This document shows, one piece after another, positions 13,198 through 25,712 of a DNA stretch of 64,000 nt. Position 1 is the stretch's first letter; every line of letters starts with the position of its first letter. The stretch lies in assembly GCA_964234715.1 (NCBI GenBank), contig OZ174284.1; one strand, given 5' to 3'. The notes under the pieces are model-generated. The model did not search any database. It had not been told where the DNA came from and saw nothing but the letters and a program-made list of their open reading frames with translations. A program made the translations under genes and the position numbers. The DNA is from Podarcis melisellensis (Eukaryota).

Positions 13198-13695
13198 AAA
13201 CCATCCCAGTATCCTCGTCTACAGACTGGCAAGCGGCGTTTGGATTTGGTTCTTCCAAACAGCAAGAAGATGACTTGGGGTTTGATCCCTTTGATATCAC
13301 CCGCAAAGCCTTAGCAGACCTGATCGAGAAGGAACTGTCGGTCCAAGACCAACCCTCCCTCTCGCCCACGTCTCTCCAGAACCCTTCCCCACACACTACA
13401 AGCGCCAAAGGGTCAGGCTCTGGATTTCTGCATCCTGCTGCGCCCGCAAATGCCAACTCTCTCAATAGCACATTTTCAGTCTTGCCACAGAGGTTCCCGC
13501 AATTTCAACAGCATCGAGCAGTTTACAACTCCTTCAGTTTTCCAGGCCAAGCCGCTCGCTATCCTTGGATGGCCTTCCCACGCAATAACATCATGCACTT
13601 GAACCACACAGCAAATCCCCCTTCAAATAGTAATTTCTTGGACTTAAACCTCCCACCACAACACAGCACAGGTCTAGGAGGGATCCCTATAGCAG
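13198..13695 (+). CDS. CNOT4: CNOT4 coding exon containing the CAF40/CNOT9-binding motif
   Basis: cacag|AAACCA...TAGCAG|gtaagt; 498 nt, phase 1-1; ETIPVSSSTDWQAAFGFGSSKQQEDDLGFDPFDITRKALADLIEKELSV...GLGGIPIA. Confidence 0.97.
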
Positions 13696-14096
13696 GTAAG
13701 TGCGCTGAGAAAGCATCAGTGAGCCTTCTTCATGCCTTCAGCTTCTCTAAACCAGAGTAGCGAGAAGGGGTTGATGGTATTTGGTACTGGAATTGATAAT
13801 GTAACTATCATGATGGAAATGTGTTTTTATGCATTTTGGAAATGAAATGTTTAGCTTGGAATTTAGCCTTATAACGAGCTTTATAAGGAAAGTGGAGTAT
13901 CGTATGTCCAATCACCCTTATTTCAAAAGTGATTTTATGATTTACATTGACAGTCTTGATCATGCTGTGGAGTTGATCTTTATTTTAAATATATAGTTTA
14001 CTTAATTGCATAAGTAGATTACATTTTAACTTTTTTTAAAAAATGAATTCTTCAGTCCCGGTTCATGATGCTTGGCATGTATGGCAGGAAAAAGCT

Positions 14097-14365
14097 ATTT
14101 TTAATTTATTTTTTGAAGTTTTTGTATACTGCTTTCATACAATATATATCCTGGGGTCCTTGCACTTTCCAGAGTCAGCAGAATGTATAACTCGGTTACA
14201 GTGATTAAAATTCAGTTTCCTTTTCACTCAAATCTCTTTTTTAAAAATAATTTAAAATGCCTGAGAGAATAAAAATGCCCCAACCGGATGTCTGAAAAAC
14301 AACAATGTAGGCACCAGATGAACTTCACTGGGGAGGGAATTTATCAACCAGTGTGCTGCCAATGC
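14097..14365 (-). mobile_element. degraded L2-type LINE 3' fragment
   Basis: Reversed T-rich tail followed by an L2-like 3' segment (gtaggcaccagatgaacttcactggggagggaattt); approximate. Confidence 0.5.
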
Positions 14366-15318
14366 AATAGCTATATCTTTTCTCTCCATTGCCATTTGAA
14401 CTCTATCATCTTCAATTGTATCTGAAATCTTACATTGATGAGCCAGTAAATTTAAAATTGTGCGAAAAATATTCTTTATGATCCCGTATACGAAGCCATC
14501 TGACACCTATACCATTCACTTTAATCCCTTGCCCTTCATTTTTGTAACATTTCACTCCTGCTGGCATTATTGTTTCCCACTGGAAGAGTGTACTTCGTAG
14601 CTGACACACACAAGCCTTTGTGGCATAGCAAGCATCACTTCATGATAATACCTTTTGGAATTTTAGAGCAAACTTCAAGTAACCTGTTCCTTCCATCATA
14701 ACTTGCAGTGGTCTTCTCCTTGGGATGTTTTGGGTTTACATCTTTAAACAGTGTGGATAGTATTGTTCAGTAATAGCACCTTTTTATTTCTGTAAACTAG
14801 TTTTCCTGTGCTTTATTTTTCTTGGCTACTGTTACAGTTATTGTTTTTTTTCTATTCTCATTATGATTCACTTAAAACATTTATATACCATCCATTTCTT
14901 ACTGATAGTGACTGCTTATGTTAGTATTTTGGGAATCCAGAGGATTTGCAGCTTATCATAAAATCTGTAACATGGTCACAACACCTGTCTCTTCATTCTG
15001 GTTACAAAAGCATTTCTTCGGCACTTTAGTCTTAGCTTTGACTCTGGCTTAGATATATAGTTTGAACATGGAAAAAGCTAGTAATTATGTCAGGATATAA
15101 AAACATGCAGAGACGCATTTTAGATTCTCCATGTGACCCAGAAAAGATGTCCGCTAAGGACCCTCCCATTCATATTCCATTAGATACAAGGGGCCATCAC
15201 TGAACTTAACAATCAGCTGTGTTAGTGTGGAAGTGATGTTTGAATGTGTGAAGTCTCTGAACTCTGGCCTAGCCTGAAAAATCTATTTCCTGCTCTTCAG
15301 TAGAAGAGAACTCTAGAG

Positions 15319-15640
15319 CAGTGGTTCTCAAAGGGTGTGGCACATCACACTGGTGTGGCCAGAGAAGATGTCAAGGGTTGCAGGAAGATTCAAGGGCAAT
15401 CAAAGAAACACCTAACCATTTCAGTGTAGTATCGCGGTTTAGTATCATTCATTCATTCATTCATTCATTTATTTATTTATTTGCAGACTATGGATAGATA
15501 CCTTTTCAAAATCAAGCACTGCCAGGAGTTGCTTCTTTTTGTTCTCCAATTTATTTCTTATCAATAAAAAAAATCAGTGTGGCAAGAGCAAATTTTTATT
15601 TTGAAAGTTGTGGTCCTGAGAAAAAAGTTTGAGAGCAATG
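15319..15640. mobile_element. hAT (Charlie-like) non-autonomous DNA transposon
   Basis: TIRs cagtggttctcaaa ... tttgagagcaatg; left flank ctctagag is a typical hAT target; internal (TTCA)n. Confidence 0.65.
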
Positions 15641-16984
15641 ACTCAAAACCACCTTCTTAATACGTGGTATATTCTGAAGTAGAGTGTTGTAGTGTAGCTG
15701 AATGTTTCCCACCCCTTTGATTTAGTAAATATTATGCTACTTGTAAAATTTGTTTCTTTCACTCCCATGTTTTTCCTTGCAACAACTCTGTGGGCTGAGG
15801 AAGACTGGTTAAGTGAGCTTCACAGATGAGTAAGGATTTGAACCTACTGCAATGCTTTGACTACACTACACAAACTCTTTAGGAACTCTGAACACAACCT
15901 ACAGAAAAGTGTTTGCTAATTTACTTACTTAGATTCTTAGCCTGTGCTATTCAGAGGCTTGATTCAAAAATAGATCTTTGAAGCTCTTTATTGTAGTAGT
16001 GGTCATAGCTGCTTTAAGGATGCTAGAAGACTAAAACAATTCAACTAATATTATGAAATATAAAGCTTCTGAAGTAAGTTGTACCAGAGACAGGCAAGTT
16101 GGTTGTATGGCATAAAACCTTGTGCTGAAAAGCATTAATCTCTTTCTCAAAAAATGAAAAATGAAAAGCCTTTTATCAAAAAATGAAAAGCCTGGGATTT
16201 CCAATTAAGTGTAGTAATTGCTAACACAACTTGGAAGTTGGGTTAGGTTATGGATATTTTGATGTTGAAAACATTGTCTCTAATGAGCATTCTAGCAGCT
16301 TTCAATATCTTAACTTTCTGCGTATTGTATTAACCTTCCCCTTGACTCTCTTGAAGAAATGTCTTGGCTTTATAATGCATGTGTCTATTAGTTTTCCATT
16401 TATGCGCCCCATTTTAGGAGAAGACAGATGTCCTTAAATAATTATGTCATCTCTGACAGAGCTTCTACCTTTCTGAGGCATAATATGCATGAAATATTTT
16501 TTGCTTTGCCCTTCTCCTAAATTTTGCACCTTTCTTATTGGATGAAAAATCTTTCTTGGCTTTTAGTTTGGTCTTTGAGGTACTTACTTTAAAAACTAAA
16601 CTATATCTTTTATTTACAAATGGTGGACATCAGGCTTCACTGACTTAGCCATCAATGTGAGAAAGCTATCTTCAGATAGTTTAACAAATATTTTAGTAAT
16701 CATTGACTTCTTTTTAAATCATAGGAACAGTATTTCCCAGTGAAAATACTGTTTTCAGCAGTGCTAAACCTGATTACAAGGCCAAATACACTGAATATGT
16801 TATCTAAATTAAGTCATAATATAATTAAGAGTTGCAAGGGTTTTTATATTAGTGTGGGGATTTTACCTGCTAATTCAGGGTCAATATGCAGAAAGAAGGA
16901 ATTTTTTTGAATTTGCTGTTGAATTTTATATTGGCAAGTTGCATAGTATGTGCTAGTGGACTCTCAATGTTGTTACATTACATA

Positions 16985-18440
16985 TTCATTTTATTTATTT
17001 AAAATATTTATATACCACTCACATGCAAAATTTCAGTGCGGTGTACAAGAGGATCTACAAAAGAGATAAAATACAATTAACAGCAATACAGAATATTTGT
17101 AAAAATGACTGCCTCATCTTAAAAGTGTAAACCATTGAATAGGACTGGCAACACATAAAAATCTTCAAGAGATGTCTGAATCTTAGAAGTGAGGATGCCT
17201 GCCACATCTGCTGGAAGAGAATTCTCCAGTGGGGGACCAACAGCACTAGATACCCAACGTCTCATGAAAAGCAGTCGGACTATTGAAACATGGGGGACAA
17301 CTAACATCATTCCTCCAGATCTCAATGATCAAACTGGCATATAAGAACTCAGGCAGCCCTTAAAGTACTCAGAATCCAAGTTGTTCAGGGCCTTCTATAT
17401 TAATATGAGGCTTGAGCCTTGCCCTGTAACATGGGCAGCCAGAGCAGATATTTTAGCAGCAGTATTAGATGTTGCCCATCATCTCTTCACATCAACTATC
17501 TTAGGTGCTGTATTCTGCCCCAGCTGGAGCTTCTGGATCAATCCCAAGGGTGGCCCCACATAGAATGCATTTCAGTAATCTAGTCTTGAGTGCATGGTCT
17601 ATTATGGCCAGGTTATCCCCATCCAGATAGGACTGTAGCTGACCGGGTGAAGCTGGTAAAAAGCCCTCCAAGCAAAAAGGAAACCTAGACTTTGGTTGAC
17701 AAAGATGTATTCAGCTGTCCCTCCAATCTATGTGCCTGCTCCATCAAAGGGAAGAAGAATAAGAGGAGTTTGGATTTGATATCCCGCCTTTCACTCCCCT
17801 TCAGGAGTCTCAAAGCGGCTAACATTCTCCTTTCCCTTCCTCCCCCACAACAAACACTCTGTGAGGTGAGTGGGGCTGAGAGACTTCAGAGAAGTGTGAC
17901 TGGCCCAAGGTCACCCAGCAGCTGCATGTGGAGGAGCGGAGACACGGACCCGGTTCCCCAGATTACGAGTCTACCGCTCTTAACCACTACACCACGCTGG
18001 CTCTGAATGCAAACCCTGCCCTCCAGGGACAAAGCAGTGCCTGGTGGAATCCTATTGCATAAGTGCTAGGAGGCCAAAGTCGCTCTCCCCCCACTCCCCA
18101 GTTCATTTCTGGATTTGACCATGCAGGTAGGAACGAAACCATTGTGATATAATGCCTTTTGATACTCATCCTGCTCAATGGTGTCAAAGCCATGGAGAGA
18201 TCTAGTAAGAGTAATAAGGGTCACACTTCTCTGTCCTTCTCTTGATAAAGACCATAAATCAGGACAATTCAGTCTTAGAAGCAGGGGACACATTGAAGTG
18301 AATCCAGATAATCAGTATCATTCAGGAATACTTGGGAGTTGCTCTGCCACAACCTTTGGCACCACCTTCCCAGAAAATTAGCCCATTATGCTTCTAGGCT
18401 CTTCCAGTGTTATATCATCATTGACTTTTATGAAATGTGT
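16985..18440 (-). mobile_element. degraded L2 LINE (3' about 1.2 kb), interrupted by a SINE
   Basis: Reversed (TAAA)-like tail at about 16985 and L2-like reverse segments (ttcagggccttctatattaatatgaggcttgagccttgccctg); boundaries approximate. Confidence 0.65.
17751..18004 (-). mobile_element. tRNA-derived SINE, Squam3 type (lacertid-like, (CTT)n tail)
   Basis: Minus strand starts gagccagcgtggtgtagtggttaagagcggtagactcgtaatctgggg (A box TGGTGTAGTGG, degenerate B box); core ctgggtgaccttgggccagtcac; ends in CTT repeats; CpGs retained, so young. Confidence 0.88.
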
Positions 18441-21400
18441 GGACTGCTTCAGAAGATAATTAAATGTCATCAGTCTTGCAACTCAACCCTATGGAGCTCC
18501 TCATGTAGAATATGATGCGACTTCCTTCTTGTTCTTGAGTGCAGCTTTTCTTCCAAAGGAATGACTAAAGGAAGTATTGGGTGTTTTGTTTTGTCAGTTT
18601 GTATTATGTATATATATAAAACATAGTGTTTTATAGTTCTATATGTTTTTAAAAAAATATTCATATGTATAACACATTTGTACCCCGCTCTTCAGCCGTA
18701 AAAGCTCCCAGAGTAACAAGCAAGGCATTTGCTGCCCACAGGCTTACAATCCGAATGATACAACACAAAAGGAGAAAGAGGGAATGTGTTGAGCACTTTT
18801 TAGATGTCAAAGCAGCTGGCCCATGTATTTGGTCTCAATGTGTAACTCTTATGTTATTGTGAGCTTGCTTTACTACACTTCAGGGACCTTCAATGGAATA
18901 GCTTGCCTATTAACAGATTAGAAATGAACTTGGTTTCCAGTGACTGAAACTCAGCAATGTCCACTAGAGTCATTTTGTTTTTCTGGTTCATATTTTTCAA
19001 GCTTCTTTTCTGAGTTCTGACACTTGACTGGAAGCCTTCCTAGTTAACATCTGTTAATAGCCTGGTGGTCATGTTCCAACCTCAGTGTAAGCTACATATG
19101 TGCAGGGTTGGATGTTTGCAGAAAACATTGCAGCAGGTTATAGCCACAGTGCCATTGTAAGTCATGACCTCTGGTAATAGAGGGGATGCTGGCATATCGT
19201 TTGGACCTCCAAAGGTGAGCTGGGTCTGTCATGTATTGTCCAGTAAAGTATATGCGCTGGACCTTGCATTCATTTTACATTAGACTATTAATCTCTGTTA
19301 ATTAGTTCATTTCCTGTCAAGTTAACACAAGATTATTCTATTCAAAGACTTTAAGATGATTCACATTGCCATGCTTTGCATTTGCACCTTTAACATATTC
19401 TTAGGATCTGAATTTATTGCAAATATTAGATACTCCAGCAGGCTTTCTTGATTTCATTTCCATTGAGGGACCAAGTAGGTAGGGAGAAAGAAAGAACTCT
19501 GGTGAAGATGAGGCCCAAGTTCTTACAGAAATATATTTTATTTCCCTTTTTTTCTTATCTTCTGTCATCATTTCTGTCAAATTAAAATAAAAGTGAAAAT
19601 CTGATTATTGTGTTCAAAGAGTCTAAGTAAAATTAAAGCATTAAAATTCTGAGCTGAACAAGAAGAGGGCTTCCCTAGGCACATAGTTTTATCTTTAGTA
19701 TGATAGTTCATGAGGATCATCACCGTCATACCTGTTCATTTTATGACCTTTTGTGTTGATACCTTGTCATGCTCGCTCTTGTCTGTTTCTACCATTTCTC
19801 CATTGCCAGTATACTTAGCAAACATTTAATTTAATTATTGCTGTTATGGAAATTACTGTGCTCAAACAGATAGCTAGCCCACAAGAGGGCAATCAGTGAG
19901 GATCTTTTATTCTCACGACTTTCCTGTTTCCTCCCACAGAATGTTGATTTATTTGCTGGTATATATGTGTCCTTATCTTATGAATGTGGCAGTACCTGTC
20001 AAGAAAGTCCTGTCACTTTGGGGGCATTGTAGATCAAGAGCAATGCTTAAAAATTAAGATATTACAGCAGAGCTTTAGAATAGAACTAGCTAGTAAATCT
20101 AGTTACCAGCACATAGAGATGTTAATGGAGAGATCACTCATTTTACTCTGCTATATTTCTATCAAATGTAAGGTATAAAAATGGGAATTGATTACCTCCC
20201 AATAGTGAAAAAAGCAAAAGCTAAATTCTGTGTTCTATTCTTTATAGTCCATGTTCTGTTTATCTGACCTTATGAAAAGCGGAATCTGGATTCCAATCTT
20301 TGCTTACAGAGCGCAGTGCTCCGCTGCTCTACATAATGGCTTAATAATTGTTACTAAGCACACAGTAGTGTTTGGGCCACTTTATTGACACGTCCCTGAA
20401 GGCTTCGGTCATGATCCAGAGCTGCATGCACAATTGACTGACTTTCTAAGTTTCCCTTTCAAGTACCCCCCTTGCTTTACTTAAAAACCATTTCTGCAAA
20501 GTTTGGATGTACCGGTATTTGTAAGATCTCTCCAGCATTTCTCCAAGGTCCCATTTCAGTTGCTGTCATGCCAAAGCACGTAACTTGTTTCTAAACACAC
20601 TTAAAGTTTAAATGCTCTAACAGCATTTGTAGCACACAACATATGTGGTTGGGGTGTGTGTGTGTATATATATATATCCTGTCCATATTTGACTTGGATC
20701 ACAACCTTAATTTAGAATTTGCAGGGAATGTAATTCCACCCCCCGAAACTCATCCCTTTTTTTGAAACTCTTCAGTTTGAATCGTAATAAATGTAAAACA
20801 CAACATAAAAACAGAATGACATATTTAAGGGTATGTTCATTGGTTTACAGAGTAATTGTGATGATGCAACTAAACTGTGGCATGAGAAAATATTTATTTC
20901 TGCTCCAGTGCATTTTGGTTTTTTAAGTGAGATGCTTGGCTTTTCCTGTTCTCTAAGCTGCTTTTTTATATTAAGCAACCTGTATCATTTCCAAGTCTTC
21001 CAAGATACAGCAGTATCTCAGATTACTCATTTGAACTTCAGTATAACTAAATCCTAAACTAGAGATGGGCAGTCGATGGGCCACAGTTGCGTTTTGGACA
21101 GACTGCCCAATCCCAGGAAAGTATGTGTATATAAAGATATCTGCATTCAAGGCCTTTGCACTTTCCCCGGCATATCTTTTCAGACCTTGTTAATTGCTGC
21201 TGCTTATGCTGTATAAATACCAAATTCCATATGAGTTGACAGTTCATAGCTACTTCAATATTATTAGATGTCAACATTGCTGATATTAAGATTTATAAGG
21301 AGATAGTCTAACAAAGGAAAATTACAATGGCATGATTGCTTGCTCAAGCTCAAAAGTGAAGACACTTTCTATATGAATATGAAATGGCATCTTTATTTTG

Positions 21401-22629
21401 TCTTGATGATGCTTATGGGCTTTTAGGGGATTTTCCTGGGTTTCAGTTGTGTGACTCGGTTTCATAGAGAAATATATAGTAAGGAGGATTTCCTTATTTG
21501 ATAATCTTACCCAAAATGATGCTGAAATGTGAGTCTAAGAGAATTAACAGTATTTTGTGCATCACTCACTGAAAGAGAAGTGTACATCTGAATTCAGCTT
21601 TGGTCAGGTTAGTTCTAAGGGGCACCTAGGTTGTAGATCTGCTCTGTTGGGTGCTGGAGAAGTGTCCCACTATCCAGCTGCCTGACAAATTCTGAAGTAG
21701 AGAGCTAGAATATCAGATTTGGGGCTTTCTACAGCATGTACTTTACACTTTTGCGAAACTAAACTCAAACCCCATTTCAAAGGTCTGTTCATGTCAGTAC
21801 ATTCAGGTTGCTATAATACCATGGAGGAGTTTGGTTCCAGAGCCATGTAAGCTTTTATTGTGATGCTCTTACCTATTGGGATAGTTTCCTGTAACCCAGC
21901 ATCATGTTGTGTTTTATTCATCCTAGTTTAAAGTGAAAGGTGACACAGGTAAGCAGTATTGGACTGTTTAGCTATGTTACACTGTAGAGTAACTTACAGA
22001 ATTGAATTGTCTTTTTTATCATTTTAGGTGTCAAAATGCTTTTGTTATCTAATGAAGTTCTTACCAAATATAAAGCTCAAAGACTACCTGGGAACAGGTC
22101 CCAGAATTAAATGTCTACATTTACCACGAGAAGTGAAGGGCAAAACACTTCAAAAAGAGAGCCATGAAATGCAGAATAGCTATCCAAAAATGGTGATGGC
22201 TGCTTGCTACACGTACATAGCAGTAGAAAACAGGTGTTGTGTTTTCTACAATGTAACTTGTGGAGCAGCTTTCAGAATTTAGTACGAATGTACTTTACAT
22301 TAAAAGTCTCCTTTGTCTGCATAACTGCTGAGGGGGTTTATATTGCTAAGATACATTTTTTGTTTCGTTTGTAAAGATTGTTTTGTTTGAAAAGATTGCA
22401 CAAACTGCCAGTGCTGGACTTCCAGTGCCTTGTCCTTTTTTCCTATGTTGATGTATTTGAAAACCCCTATGAAGCTTTTTCAGTACATTAGTTGTCATTG
22501 AAATAGTAATATTGAAGGGAAATATTTTTAAATTATTCAGTTATTCCAGAAAAAAAAAACAACTTTAAAGCTCTCCCAGATGCAAAAACCAGAACCTATT
22601 AAACCCTTTTCTCTGTGTGAGCATACCAC

Positions 22630-22780
22630 TTTGCTCTATACTGCTGGTTTATCTCATTCAGTATTAGCAGCAGCATCTCTCCAGGGCAGTGTTTTCTCAG
22701 CTCTGCAGTCTGAGTTCCTTGAGATGTTGGGGATTGAACCTTCTGCATGCAAAGCAAGTCCTATACTACGGCCCCTGGCT
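22630..22780 (-). mobile_element. degraded tRNA-derived SINE (same class as 53285-53800)
   Basis: ggggattgaaccttctgcatgcaaagc is a reversed tRNA head with B box. Confidence 0.55.
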
Positions 22781-25535
22781 CTCCCTGGGCATGACAGAAT
22801 ACAAGGCCTTAATACTAGATTTTCCTTTCCTTTCCTTTGGACCAGTCACTTCCCGTTCATTGGTTCATAGTCTTAGTCCTACAAAATAACTGGCCATGCA
22901 AAACCTGCTTATTATCAAAGGAGTTTCCATGTACAGTATGGTATGTACCAAATTTAATGGTATGATGTGTTCTTGGTATGTTTAATAATGGTATATTCTT
23001 GGCGGAATAGTCAGCCCTGGGTGAAGACATCAGGTGTTAAACACCATCTAACCCCAGGATCATTGGGTGGAAGAGTGTTTGAAATGTAATTGTTTCTGGA
23101 ATGTTTTTAACTGAAACTACTCAGTGCACAGAGCAAGCATTGTAAAATTCAGTAGAACTTAAGCTCTAGAGGAGAAAACTAGTCGAGAGTAGGAGCCTAT
23201 GGACACATGATGTTCCTGATGGTTTAACCATGGCTAAACAAAAGAACTGTTCCTAGAATCACTTATCATGAGCTGCATTCCCCTCTTTGCAGGAATACTT
23301 ACTCAGCAGCAATAAAAGGTGGGGCTCAGTCATCCTCCAGAAGGTAGGAGACAAAGGAGAGCATGATCTCTTCATACCAATTGACTATGGTTAAACAACT
23401 GGAAAAGTTACATGTGCATTGTCAAGAAGTGTGGAACGAAGCATAACGCTGGCCATGAGTGTGAAATGAAAATTTTAGCCTCTGCAGAAATTGGCAGCTG
23501 GCCAGTTTACGTGGTGAATCTAGAGCCATCAGAGGTAGTATGCATAGGGAGTGTGAATGAACCAGAACCCTTTCGATCTTTTCACTGTGTGCCAGACTGG
23601 TGTACCCCTATATTTCTCATTTTTACAGAAGTCAGTTTGAATAAGGCATTGCTAACTAGTGTTAACTTCCACCAGTAGTAACAGCTTCTGTTGTGATGCC
23701 TCCTTTCCAAAGCTCTTGGGTTATTTTTATTTTATTATATTTTATTATTATTTATTAGATTTATATACCGTCTTTCATCAAAGGACCTCAGTGTGATTCA
23801 CAAGATAAAAATAGATGCTTTAAGAGATGACGATAATCATTTTAACTTGGAGGAATACTTTACAGCTGAATCTTAAAATAAGCTAAGGCTTATTGAGCGG
23901 TGTACACATTCTAACTTACTGCAGGTAGACCATGAGATCACAGCCCTTTTAGCATATATTTTTTTCATTTTATTTTTGAAAAAGACTTCTATATTCCCTC
24001 TGGCATTACACTGCACAGGTGAATTATAGGCTTCAGATAGCAGATGAGATGGTTAAGTGCCTTGAATATTTTATAAAAAGTTGGGCCTGGCATCAGCACA
24101 TGATGTGGTCAGTCAGATGCTGGAGCCCAAAGGGCCCCAGCTGAGTCCACTGCTGCTCTCGGCTGGGCAAAGTTATTCCGTTTTGCCATTCTGCACTGCT
24201 GAGGAGCTGGAGCAATGGCTATATACTGTCAGCGCTCTCAAAGTAGTATTGCTTCAGAATAATGCCATAACAGGAAAATGGGTGAGGAATTAAAATAGAC
24301 TTCAGCGCTCTCTGTAGTCACTCTACTTCTATCTGCACCAAGCAGCAAGGAAAAGTTCTTAACTAAGCAGGCTCATAATTCCCCTCATCCTTTGCTTTTC
24401 AGTGCTAAGGAGCTCTGAGCAGTTGCAGCAAAGGAGCCAGTTTAATTGCTTTCCCGTGCCCCTGATACTGTGTTGATTCCCAGTGATGCTATGTCAGGGA
24501 CTTTGGGAAGGGATTAAACAGACAGCTTCCTGACTTAACTGCAGTTGTTCATAACTCTTCTCACCACAGAGTGGAATGGAGGGAGAGGAATGCTTAAATG
24601 GCCCACCTGGCCTGTATAGGGACCCTTTAAAGATTTGCTTGCTCTGGTGGAGTGCCTAGCAGTCTAGAAGAACAAATGAGCTGTCTGTTTTGTGTCCCAT
24701 ATAGCAGCTCTCTGGAGCAATACCACATTGGGGTCGTAGAGAAATGCACAATAACAGCTTCACACTGCATACATGGTGCTCCTCTCTGAGCCACCACTGC
24801 TGTTGATGCCTCTGCTGCAACTCTGGACATCCCTGTCAATAAGTCCATCAAGGGTATGGCCATTGCAGGGGACACTATAGCCACTTCCCCTAGGTCCCCT
24901 TTATACATTTAGCTGGCTTTGGATGGAGTATAAATGTTGGTGATGGATTGTGATAAACCTGTGTCTGTCCTTCATTACCTCTGATTGTGCATGATGGGGG
25001 GGGGGGAGGTAAGATTCCCCCATGGAAAATTCATATGCCTTTTGGGTAGAAGGCTGCCTTAGAGCCCATCTCTCTGGCACCTAGTTTTGTGTGCAGAGAC
25101 TTTTTTTGCATGGAGGAGCAGTTGTTTCAGCAAGCTTATATCTGCTGTCTGAAATGTACAGTTGAGACACAGATTAGCCACCTAATTTGCTGTTTCTTAG
25201 AATTAAGTCTTAGGTGTTGCAGGATTACTGTGTCCCACCATCTGGCTTTGGTATAAAGCATCTGACAGTGAAGAGCTTCAAACTATCGAAACTATCAGCG
25301 AGAGTTTGATAGTTTGTCGTGTATTCAAAAGTCCTGAATGTGTGCTAGAGAAGGGTTTACTAAAGTCCATTCTCCTATGAATCTGTGTTTGAATTTATTT
25401 GAACTAGACTGCTCCAGTCTGCTGGATTTCGGTATGTCATAATGTATCACCTCATGTCTGGGTTTTCATCTCCATCTAGTGGTGGAAAAGCAGAATTGCT
25501 ACCTGTGAGATAAATATGAGTCTAGTATCTTAGAT

Positions 25536-25712
25536 CAGCTATCTTCAACCCTTTCAAACCCAGGATCTACTTTTAATTCAAACATGCATTTTGGGATCCA
25601 TTACTTCATTTTTTACCATATATTTGCATGATGGTTGTGCTTCTGTTGCAACCTACCTCGGATCAGTCCACAACTTACTGGTGTCTCCCAACACACCAGT
25701 TGAAGATCAGTG
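25536..25712. mobile_element. hAT-like MITE
   Basis: Imperfect TIRs cagctatcttcaac / gttgaagatcagtg. Confidence 0.5.

Noticed and set aside
17930-18004. tRNA gene call for tRNA-like sequences (also 53285-53352)
   Set aside because: Both continue into SINE bodies and tails and lack an intact cloverleaf
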